Source: Phoronis australis
Lineage: Eukaryota > Animalia > Phoronida
Reading direction: 5' to 3'
Assembly: GCA_002633005.1 (NCBI GenBank)
Contig: NMRA01000216.1
Span: 115,499 to 179,498, forward strand
DNA length: 64,000 bases
Shown: one piece after another, positions 52,378-62,914 of the stretch
Layout: the number at the start of each line of letters is the position of its first letter
How positions within the stretch are numbered: the first letter of the stretch is position 1
Program-made: the position numbers and the translations under genes
Notes under the pieces: model-generated
Databases searched by the model: none
Told to the model about the DNA's origin: nothing
Seen by the model: the letters and a program-made list of their open reading frames with translations, nothing else

Positions 52378-53040
52378 ATGAAGAATGGGAAAAGCCCAGG
52401 AAGAGGTGGATTTAAGCTTGAATTTCACAAATTCTTTTGGAATGACACATTACACTTTGTCTTGAGGTCTTTTCACTATAGCTTTGATAGCGGGCATCTT
52501 TCATCGAATCAATTATACAGGGTGATAAAATTGTTTCCCCAGGGTAAATGGTCAAACGGCCAAGGGAATTCTTTAAAAAGTCAGAGACCCATTTCCCTAT
52601 TAAACGTTAGTTATAAACTGTTGTCAGCTTCTATAGTTGAAAGGTTAAAATCTGGTTTGGACTAGTTGATTCATGAGAATCAGAAAGGGTTTCAAGCGTT
52701 GGAGTAAATACAGGGTCATCTGTTTATGCTACAATGCAGTATGCAGAAGAAAATAATGTCTCTGGTCTTCTTATGATGGTAGATTTTAAAAAAAGCATTT
52801 GATTCTTTGCCCTGGAAATTTCTGCACAATACATTAACATGTTTTAATTTCGGAAAAGATATACTGAAGTCGATACGCATTCTCCATCGGGGTTCGCGAG
52901 CCTGTATATTACAAAAGGGAATGCCCTCAAAGCCTTTCGAGACCTCTTGAGGTTTTAAACAGGGAGATCCGTGTCGTCCGTACTTACTTTTACTTTGCTT
53001 GGAAATGCTGGGATTGGTGACTAGATTTAACAGTAATATG
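52378..53040 (+). pseudogene. Non-LTR retrotransposon (Tx1/L1-type) reverse transcriptase fragment
   Basis: MKNGKSPG..EFHKFFW, RPISLLNVSYKLLS, LIHENQKGF, VDFKKAFDSL and GFKQGDP motifs, with stops and frameshifts. Confidence 0.92.
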
Positions 53041-55220
53041 AACAATAACGAAACACTCATTCATTTTAAAATCTTGCGTATACAGTGCGCCCACTCAGCC
53101 TAAAATGAGGGGGCTCGAATTTTGAGAATGTGGACCTTTTACAAAAGTCACGGGTTGCGTGAATGAGTTGTGCATTCGCCAAATTTTGGTAGATCCCGCC
53201 TTTTTAGTGGAAATGTGTCTCGTTTTCTACTTGTTTGGAGTTTTTGTTTCTCTGAGGCGGACCTTTTTGCCCACTACGCCAAATTGGGGGCTCGTTCGAT
53301 TCCCCCGAGCAGACGACACTGTCACCTATTCTCCATGAGTCAGAATGCTCACTTGGGTGCACTTTAAACTTATTAGTTGAGTATGCGAAATTTTAAGGTC
53401 TTAAACCAAATATACAAAGGAACTCAATGTGTAGTATTCTAGCATAGAAATATTTTGGGAAAGAATAGACATCTTGATAGATTTAAAGATAAACGGTTAA
53501 ATTTTATCAAAGTTGTCGAAAACTATGCTACCATTGAGTGAGTGTGACTTAAATTGTACCACCTTTTGAGTTACTGGGAATAAATGTATTAAAAGTCAAA
53601 ATGAATGTCGTTGTACATTTTAAGTTATTTTGTCATCAAAGTTTTAGCCAGACTTTTTTGGTTTGAGCAGTATTTAGCAAAGCGTGACATTATCGATTCT
53701 ACAGCCCAAAAATGTATCTTCAATCTTATGCCAGCCCGTGTATTAACCCCATCACTACGCTGACCTACCTGAATGGCCTCCAAATTAATACGGAGAGAAA
53801 CTGTCGTTAAATTGACCGCAGCAACGTTCAGTACTTGCGTGTCATTTGTTGCTTACAAATTTCAACTTTCTACCGTAATTCAAGGGAAATGATGGTCCAG
53901 TTTTTTGGTACAGCAGTGAGGAATCAATGGGAGCTGATGTGCATCACGTGATCTGGTGTTGTTTTTTGTAGTTTTTGTAGACAAAGATAGACATGCAGTT
54001 TTATTTCAATAAACGTGCGATACAAACACCCTGACGAAGCCATAAGTCATGACATGTAGCACTAAACTAGATGTCTGAACATAAGTAATGATGATCGTAG
54101 TAGGATATAAAGCTCAATCCAAGTCGTTGCAGAGTAGTACATTATGTTACTTAGCTAACAGCCGAAATTTGTTTCTACCTTTTTATAATCATGCAAAAAG
54201 AAAATGTATTCTTCCCAGACGGGGACGAAACCAGTACTTCGGTGCTATGGTTGCGGGAAGTCGTTCAATGACCCCAGGTAAAATGAATAAGATCAAGCCA
54301 ATTGGTGGTGAAAAAAACGAAAGCCCACAAAACTCTTGCTCAGATACGCAATCATCAGTTCTCTTCATCAGTAAAAAGTCAATTTATGTAGGTTGTCCTA
54401 CGGTTTTCCAAGTAGTTACCACCACGTCACCAATTTCTTTATCATTGTTACGACAAACAAGAATGCCACCCCTCCAACGGTTGCTAACTTTCCAACCGTC
54501 CGTAATCTCACACTTTGTTTCCAAGACGAGCTAACAAAGTCCTCCATAAACTAGAAATTGTTATAAAGAACAGTCGTCATTGTTTGTGCAGTGTGATCGT
54601 TGAAACTGAAGATCAATATGATAATAGGTTGATAATAAACACCATGAATACATTCTTGGGTACAATTTGTTCACTTCGTAGTATATAGATATATCCCAGA
54701 TTTTCCGTTTTAATTCAGAAATCAGCTTCAAAATTGGACTAAGACCCCACAGACGCCAATGAACCTAGACCATTAAGCGCTTCCTTACAAAATATTAACA
54801 TTAGCGAGTAAAGATTTTGTTCATAAGTTGGTAAGAAGCACGGTGCCTGCTTAAGGACATCAGATTTTTTTCAGTTAGTTACTTATTGTAGTCGAGACTC
54901 GAGTCGAGGTTCTGGATTAGTCTCGGATTATCGAGACCTCGATTACATTATCATATCAGTTGAGTTCCCAAACTCCAAGGATGGAGAATTAAACAACAAA
55001 TGCACTGTGGCATTTCAGTCGCTGCCCAATGATGTCAGCCCCCAAAAAAAGAATGACTTCGCACTATGCCTTGCCAGTGGTAGAAAACGATCGCTAGGAA
55101 TTGTCAACTGAACTGATCGTAAGACTTTTTGATGCTGAAGCGTGAAATAGGCATCCACATTACCAGTACCCTATCACAAGTAACTGCTGGAACAAGTTAT
55201 CGCTGGGTGTAGACATAGTA

Positions 55221-55378
55221 CCGTAAACGTTCGGGTTAACGCCCTGGGCGGTTAAATTGGCGAACCCAAAAATCGCAGAGGTGCGGTTAACCGAGCAGTG
55301 AGCGGTTAAATCGAAAATCCACCTAAAGTAGGGGATGGGCGGTTAAATGAACATGGGCGTTAACCCGAACGTTTACGG
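55221..55378. mobile_element. 158-bp Tc1/mariner (pogo/Tigger-type) MITE
   Basis: TA|CCGTAAACGTTCGGGTTAACGCCC ... GGGCGTTAACCCGAACGTTTACGG|TA (perfect 24-bp TIR, TA TSD). Internal GCGGTTAA occurs four times. Confidence 0.92.
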
Positions 55379-55393
55379 TAGTAGCAGTATTAT

Positions 55394-55432
<39 letters not shown>
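55394..55432. repeat. (CAG)13 microsatellite in a CAG/TAG-rich tract
   Basis: Perfect trinucleotide run. Confidence 0.97.
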
Positions 55433-55435
<3 letters not shown>

Positions 55436-55836
55436 CAGAATCAGCAGCAACAGCAACACTAGTAGTAGCGATTGGTGTTAGTAGTAGAAGCGATTGGTGT
55501 CAGTGTTGCTACTTGCTTTGCTGGATAATTTGACATCCTTGCGACTTATCGAGTCAGGCTAACTTTTTCTAGAAAGGACGTTCCAGGGCAACTTGCCCCA
55601 GCCCATATAGTAATCTTCAGACAAGAGGAAGCAATTACCATCTGAGTGCTTGTTCTCGGTTACATGCATCTCCGGTCTAATCCTTTTTGTGCAATGCTTG
55701 TGGCAAGATGTAACGTATGTAGTCTGTGTGCTTAGCCAACGGTTAAAATTCGTAATATGGGAAAGATTTGCGTCTCTAAAATGGATATTGGATAAGTTAT
55801 GGTACACATGGATTCCTGTCCTTTCATTCTGAGCTC

Positions 55837-56648
55837 TCAAGGTTCGTACATTGTGAGTGAAATCTTTATTTGGCGCGCATTGTCCCACATGGCAATAAAC
55901 CTTTCCCCGGTGAGGGCGTTGTAATAATAATTAGTATATGCGTTGTAGCCATGCTTGCTTGGAAACATCAAAGCATTGCCCCGGAGATCGTATGAGACCA
56001 GTGTGTCGTTGTGAGTGTTGTACGTTAACCGAATGTAGGAGGGAGTTTGGCCGTAGTGATTGACGATATACAATATTCCGCCGGCCATGAACCCCTGGCC
56101 GTAATCGTGCTTTCGGTACGAATTAGTGAAAAAGTAAGATTTCTCAATGGTTTGGTTGTTAGTGTTGATCTTGCTGAGAGATAGGTAGCAACTGCTGTGA
56201 TACCTTCCCCAAATAACCCATAGACCGTACTCATCAGTAGCTATGTCCATGTCTGATTTTCCACCCCAGTGCCAGTGGCACTGGTCATGCTTTCCCGCCA
56301 GATGTCCCTCCACGTTGGCGAATGAAATGCGAGTGTAATTGTTTACATCCGGGATATTGAAGACCAGCACGTTTGGTTGGTTGTACTCTGGACAATAAAG
56401 TCTAGAGCCGTACACCACACCTTGCGCGCCATCGCAGCCGACAGGTAATGTGTAGTGGATTCTGTTTGAATCCGATCTGTAGTCCTGCTCCGTGGGGTGT
56501 ACGTAGAGGTACTTGATGTTGTCGTGACCCGTCATGAAGTAGAAAGTGGCGTTGGGGGAGAGTGGGTCCTTGCCCCATGACCCTTGTGTGCTGTGGCGAT
56601 GAGCCAGTGTGTCGACGTTGAATTCCATCCACTTAATATGTTTGACAT
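55837..56648 (-). CDS. PAN-olfactomedin gene, terminal coding exon: olfactomedin beta-propeller domain
   Basis: ttttctttcaactgatttgtag| acceptor, phase 1, 812 nt including the stop. OLF motifs GSWGKDP, TLPVGCDGAQGVVYGSRLY, WGGKSDMDIATDEYGLWVIW, GQGFMAGGILY and MWDN. Confidence 0.92.
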
Positions 56649-57343
56649 CTACAAATCAGTTGAAAGAAAAGTGTGACTCGTGTAAATCTAATCACTGTTT
56701 GACGAAATATCGTAAAGAAACACCACTGAAGGTGTTGTCAACTCAAACAAATTTCTACTTAGAACATCAACAATTGTTAAGTTGGTCTCGATATGGATGA
56801 TTTCTAAGCTTAGAAGTAACTAACAGGTCTTTAATGCCAGAGACTGTGCCGCTTTAAACCTAAACAAATTGACTTGTAAATTAATTTTAAAAAGTCACGA
56901 TTAGGTGAATCATACGCCTGCATAACTACAAGCTGTTATAGAGTATCTTAGGATAAACTGGCACAACGTGAAATAAATTAACATTCATAACGATTCGCAA
57001 ATATTTTTATTTTATTTGATTTAATGATATCTAATGTGAATTAATAAATAAACGTAAAAATATGAAAGTGGATGGCGGCCAGACTTACGGAGGCGTCAAC
57101 CAAGACATTTATCAGTGGACACACAAAATAACATTCAAGCTTTCTAATGCGGCCATTATGCGAGGAAGTCTGTAACTTCCCGCTAAAATTTGTGTTCCGA
57201 AACTGATTACCGCCATGTATACAACTGCTACACACGCTGTCTGTTTGAATTGGTTGGACACCCTCTATCAGGGAAGTTTGCTATGTAAATGGGCTGGCGT
57301 TATCTATCGGAATGGGTTCAAAGGCGTAATATCGTAGATATAC

Positions 57344-57421
57344 CGCTGGGTGCAACAGTCATTTGCTTCCAGAGGCCCATTTCGATAATATGCGACTCTG
57401 ACAGTTTCAGGGGGATATAAT
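57344..57421 (-). CDS. PAN-olfactomedin gene, linker exon (DYIPLKLSESHIIEMGLWKQMTVAPS)
   Basis: ttttctgccatgtgtttag| and G|gtatat. 78 nt, phase 1-1, open, and in frame with both neighbouring exons. Confidence 0.6.
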
Positions 57422-57512
57422 CTAAACACATGGCAGAAAATATGCTTCAGAAGTACGTTTGCAATGGACTGCCGCATTTGGGAGACTTTGCACCTGTGAC
57501 TACAGTATGCTT

Positions 57513-58153
57513 GGTTATCTATGACCTTAATAAACGACCTCAACTCTAAGTCATATAAAGAAAAAATATGCTTTGTCAACCGTTAAAAGTATATGTTTTC
57601 TAAAAGGAGAGAGATCGAGGATGCTTCTTTCTACTGTGTCTTTATTATTGTCACGTGACCACGTTTTTTAAATCAAATGTTCACGTGCATAGCAAAATAA
57701 CCCCCCAACCGATTTTACTAAAACTTTTTTAAATGAAAATTTTACGTTATATCTCAAAAACGCTGTTAGGAGTTTTTTATTATTCACTTAGTTCGGGTTT
57801 TATACCAAATTAGCTCACCAAACACGAAGCATTTTTGTAAAAAAAAACAGCGGTCTTATTCGTGTATCGCTCGGTACGCAAAAACTTAGGCATTTTAAAA
57901 CAAAATCCTAACAGCGTTTTTAAAACTTAACGTAAAGGTTTTAGGGATTATTTTGTTATGAATGTACATGAAACTTTGACTTAAAAACGTGGTCCCGTGA
58001 CAATAATAAAGACGCAGTAGTAAGAAGCATATTTTTAGAGTCCTTGATCCCCTTTCAGAAAATATATATTGTCACGCGGTAATGGTTGATAAAGCTCGAT
58101 TATTTCGATATTTGACTAGGAGTTGAGGTCGTTTATTAAGGTCCTAGATAACC
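57513..58153. mobile_element. 641-bp foldback MITE with ~270-bp inverted arms (Kolobok-like end), in an intron of the PAN-OLF gene
   Basis: ggttatctatgaccttaataaacgacctcaactc / gagttgaggtcgtttattaaggtcctagataacc|TTAA. Inner blocks also pair: tttattattgtcacg/cgtgacaataataaa and aaaaacgctgttagga/tcctaacagcgttttt. Confidence 0.88.
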
Positions 58154-58345
58154 TTAACTACTATCTAATCTACGTATTCTCGCACAGTAAACTGTAACTT
58201 TGCTGCATTGAAATTAAGTGTGCGGAGCATTTTTCGAAGGCAGTTCTGCAGTGTACCGGAAATATTCGAAAATGGGTCCACCCACTCATGGGCGTATTTT
58301 CGGTAATTGTTTGCATGTTTTGAAAATGTGATGAATTATTCTTAA

Positions 58346-58507
58346 CAGTGGCAAATTTAAGGGGGGAGGCAAGGGGGTCATGCCCCCCTAAAATTCTCCC
58401 AGATTCCATTTGACAGTTCGGGAGTGCGAACAATGTCTGACGGAAAAAAATCCTGGCTAATACTCTGCCATGCCCCCCCCCAACTTAAAATGCTAGATTC
58501 GCCCCTG
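58346..58507. mobile_element. 162-bp MITE with perfect 5-bp TSD (CTTAA)
   Basis: cttaa|CAGTGGCAAATTTA ... TAGATTCGCCCCTG|cttaa, with G-rich and C-rich subterminal tracts. Confidence 0.82.
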
Positions 58508-59357
58508 CTTAAATACGTAATCGTTTTTGGTGTAGAATTTTGTTGATTTCCTCAAGACATATTTTGGGGTCGCGATTTCACTAAATGACTATCATTTAAC
58601 GAGATATTGGGTGACTTTATTGGTAACTAACCGTATTACCACAGTATGAAGGACAATTTTAACGACACAGTTTCCGAAAATTCGTCCTCCCCCCTTTTCC
58701 GAAAATACGCCTGGGCGTATATTCTGTTTCATTTGATGTTTTTGAAATGTCGTTTTCCGAATGTCCGCCCATGGCCTATTTTCGGAAATTCCCGGTAAGT
58801 GGATTTTCACGAAACGGTCCTCTGGAGGAGACCCATTACTTAATTTATACCTTTTCCGTGAAGACTGGATTGTAGTCCGCAGATAGATAGCTTGTTCGAA
58901 TAAACCTTTAGGGAAAACAAACAAGACTGACCTCACTAAAGGGTGTCCTGCTTCAAAAAAACTTTGTTTCCGACAGAGGCGCGTAAGCCTGAATACGACA
59001 GATCTACACAACATTCCCGTCAATCCTGAGTTTCATTCGAAATAATACAGCTGCCCAGTAAAGATTTCTCCGTCCTTTCCAGATTCAAAGATCGGAGTGG
59101 TCATGCCTCCTTACAGAAATTTACTACCGCATATGCCTGCATCTAGGCCTATGTGCACATGTTCAGCAAATTTGCAATTTCTTTTCATCGTTGATAATTT
59201 TGCAATATGAAAAGGCAATTTTCATCTAAATATACGCCGTTTACTTGATGCCATGTGGAATGAAACTCATGCAAAAAGTGATCCAAACTACATTTTGTGA
59301 TATCGATTTTAATTTGGTCGTATTTGATTTTGGGACACAATTCGAAAATAAATTTAC

Positions 59358-59397
59358 CTTTATACTCTGAGCATCGATCGCTTGGTGACGGGCCGTT
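59358..59397 (-). CDS. PAN-olfactomedin gene, 40-nt linker exon (NGPSPSDRCSEYK)
   Basis: cattttattacag| and AAAG|gtaaat. Phase 0 to 1, exactly the phase change needed between the PAN exon and the downstream exons. Confidence 0.7.
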
Positions 59398-60059
59398 CTG
59401 TAATAAAATGCATGTATAACGATTACAAGGCCGTTTTGACTTCTTCTGTAACTTATGATAATGCTAATGCGAGTACATCCCACGCCATTAAAACTGGCTT
59501 TGCATTCGTACGCTTTAAACAAGCGTGTTTTTTCCAACAGGCAGTGTCCATGGGCAGAATTGAGGGGCCAAGGAGTCTATCCCTTTCCGGGCACGGTAAT
59601 CAAACAAAAGTAAAAAAGAAAAATAACATAAAAAACGCCGTGGCATGCCGTTTTAAGAGTTATTTTTGGAAGTTGTGGTCGTACATCTCGCTCCGCCGGT
59701 GATGACGTGCCCTGATGAGGCTTTCGTCCATATAAACTTAGACAATAAATTAAAAAATATGTTGTGTAAAATTCGCTGTTTCATGTGATTCAATATAATT
59801 GCCCATGGTCTTCAAACGAAATGATGCCATGGAACTCATTTCAAAGGCGCGGCCATTAAATTTTCAACGCTTCATTTAGAGGTACAATAAAATACATGGA
59901 TTTAAGGTCTGTTTTCGCTTCATTGTTTTATATAGACTCTTACTATGTCCTTCGAATCCTATCTAGTGAGAGAGAGGGTACAGGACTGTTTCCACTAGAT
60001 CACGTAAATTCGTAACGTGATAATACCTAGGAAATTTATTGTTTTATCTAAAACAATAC

Positions 60060-60383
60060 CTTTTGAAAGTAGCTGAAACCCTTTCTTGTATCCATGTTGT
60101 AACCAGTTGCGGATGGTACGTCGGACGTGAGTTCGCACGTGTACGTTTCCTTTTCTTCAAAGTTCACGGACTGACATTGGCCGTTGTTATTGCATTTAGA
60201 CGTGCATTCTGCTTTAGAGTAAACTTCATGCTCGTCGATATGACTGCCAATACTGAAAACATCTTGACTACATTCCTTCGGTTTGATATACTTGTTAAAG
60301 GTAATTGCCGAACACAATTCACTCGCAGAAGCGCAGTTTAAAATTGCCGCGACCAAGGTCGCAAGAAGAAAGATGCGCACCAT
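60060..60383 (-). CDS. PAN-olfactomedin gene, first coding exon: signal peptide plus PAN/Apple domain
   Basis: aacATGG start and hydrophobic signal MVRIFLLATLVAAILNCASA. PAN pattern SKAECTSKC..QCQSVNF..TCEL..GFSYF. Donor AAG|gtattg, phase 0. Confidence 0.88.
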
Positions 60384-62823
60384 GTTATCAAATTCACTGG
60401 CAACTTTCTGGCGAGCGCAGTCTGCTATATGCAGATCGATAAACAAAATCGATAATACCTGAAGACGGAAACTATTGCAACCATTGGAGACACAAACCCA
60501 ACGAAAATCCCAAATGGGGGTATGACGGAGGTTTTAGCATGCAGAACGTAATATACCTGAATCAGTTTTGCTCTTGAGTCAAGTTTATGCCTTTGGTTTT
60601 ATAGATATACCGTTTTGAAAATTTGCGATAAGTTAATGTAAAAACAGCCCCACTGAGTGTAAACCCATAAACAGACTTAGATGGACGAGGGCCTGACGCT
60701 CTCCTACCTCACTCCAGTATCTCCCGCCAAAGTTCATGTAGAAAGAGTATTCCTAATTACCTAATTTCTGGCCATAGTAAGATTAAAAAACGAACACTCG
60801 CCGCACAAATAAAAAACTTCATGTTCATTCAACGTTTCGTCTATTCATAAAATCATCAGGATAATACATACAATAAGACATAGAGAGAGAGAGTATTCCG
60901 TACATGGATCCGCGAATATCAAGAACCCGCCAAAATTCCAGAAGATGCGGTCGGATTGCAAAATGTTGAAAATATGCGTTACGACACTTAATACGTTATG
61001 TTTTTTGAAAGTTTGGCGAAATCCACTTTGAAATGTAGGATGAGTAGTGCAACGACGAGTATTTCCCAACAAACTGGGTGAAAATTAATGCATGCAAATA
61101 CAGTAAAATCTCGAAATGACGACGATATGCGCTAGGGCACTTCATAAGAATACCTTTTGAGGGTGTGGTCGAAATTTTGCGAAAATGAAGATTCGCATTG
61201 AAAAATAGTATTTCCTGCACGTAAGCAGGGACACAGACATGCTGAAGAAATGGTGTCTACCATTACTGTATCTCTTGGCTTTCGGCGAGGGATATAAAGA
61301 ATCACACTAAATAGCTGTTTTTAGTTTGTTATACTTTGTGACTTTTACACCAGTCATCCGTGTAAGAATTCAACAACGTTCGGCCTACGAATATAAAGGA
61401 ACCTTTGTTTATTGTTTTCAGAAGAAAATGCTCAGGGATTTGAAGGCACAGTTCATTGTGATGGTCAGTGGAAATGCAAGAAAATAAATACAAACAACAT
61501 TAATATGTTCTGCACGAATTGTCATTGTGAATATACAGGAAGACATCGATTCACTCAATTACTCTAACATTGTTTCCTCTAAATCAATTCAACATGACTA
61601 TGCAATAGTTCGATTCCGTGCTATCTACACTGACAAAATTGATTCCGATACATGTCACACAGTATTCATTGTTGCTGGACATCGCTGGTGTTAGCGATAA
61701 ATTCCATAATATTCAAATCAATATCTCAAGTATTGATCTCTGACGTCAAAAATTATTGTAGGATAATAGATCGGTTAGACACTAAAGCCTGTTATGTAAC
61801 GAAGGAAAATTTGGTTCAAGATTTACATGTTTAGAAATAGTATTCTAACAAATTGTCAGTTTTAAATCTGATGCACATGAAATGACGAATACATTCAATA
61901 ATTGCATGAACAAGTACGAATACGTATTTTCCGGCGAACTCGCTTAACAGGCTGGATCGAGTTCAACTTCCACCCGAGGCACGTTCTCCCTCTTCTTGCA
62001 TAGGCCTACGCTAAATTTAAAACAAAATACATCAACACGAGTTTTGTATTTGGCCGACAGAGATTATTCGAAAGTTGCCGAGACGAGTGGTCAACTTAAC
62101 TGTGAAACGTTAATAAGCTCTTTCAAAAGTACGCTTTCCAATGGCATGTATTGTGATCTATACATTCGACATTGACTGAAGAGAAGAATGCGACCTTTCA
62201 GATTTTGAATGCTTGTCATTTGTGCTTATCGATTTCAATTAAATTAGAGAATTTTGTGGCAGACGAGTCGAAGATACCCTTTCCGCATTTTTCAGTCGAA
62301 AACTTCACGAAAGAAGTTTGTTTAATTTAAAATTATTCCAAAATGATACTTATTCAACAAGTAGACAAACGTTTTCAAAATAACCAGAGGGAAATTTGAA
62401 AAATTTCAAAACAATTTTGAATTTCTCGTGGTTCGTCAACAAAATGGCTGCCAACTGTTGAACGACAATGAACTTCGCCTCGTAAAAATGGAAATACATT
62501 CAGGACAGTAATTTAAGAAATGTTCTTATTTTAATGATGACTTCGATTGATGAAACACAGCATGTGTCCTAATCTAGTGTAAAATAAGGAAGGAGTCGTG
62601 AAGAAACTTTAAGGTGAACTCACTAAAACGACCGATTTTGCTCATGGCCAACAGCATTAAAAGGTTTATCGCTTTCATAAGGTAATACAGCATGCATTTT
62701 TCGGGGTCAAAATCTTCGAGTTATTGTAAAATGATCGTTAATGGTAGGATGATTGTTGCCATCGCTTGATACTATGGAACGCCTGTTGTCGTTGGGATTG
62801 CTGTACTCGATATACCAGTAAAT

Positions 62824-62914
62824 TTCCTGCATACATCAACCACTCACAATGCAGTACTTTAGGTACTTCCTGCATACACCAACCAATCACAATGCAGTAC
62901 TTTATGTACTTCCT
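62824..62914. repeat. 43-bp tandem duplication
   Basis: ttcctgcataca(t/c)caacca(c/a)tcacaatgcagtacttta(g/t)gtac occurs twice. Confidence 0.9.

Noticed and set aside
57304-57579. 91-aa ORF frame (LYPPETVRVAYY...CCTQR) as the linker exon frame
   Set aside because: That frame is phase-incompatible with the flanking exons. The alternative frame at 57421-57344 fits both.
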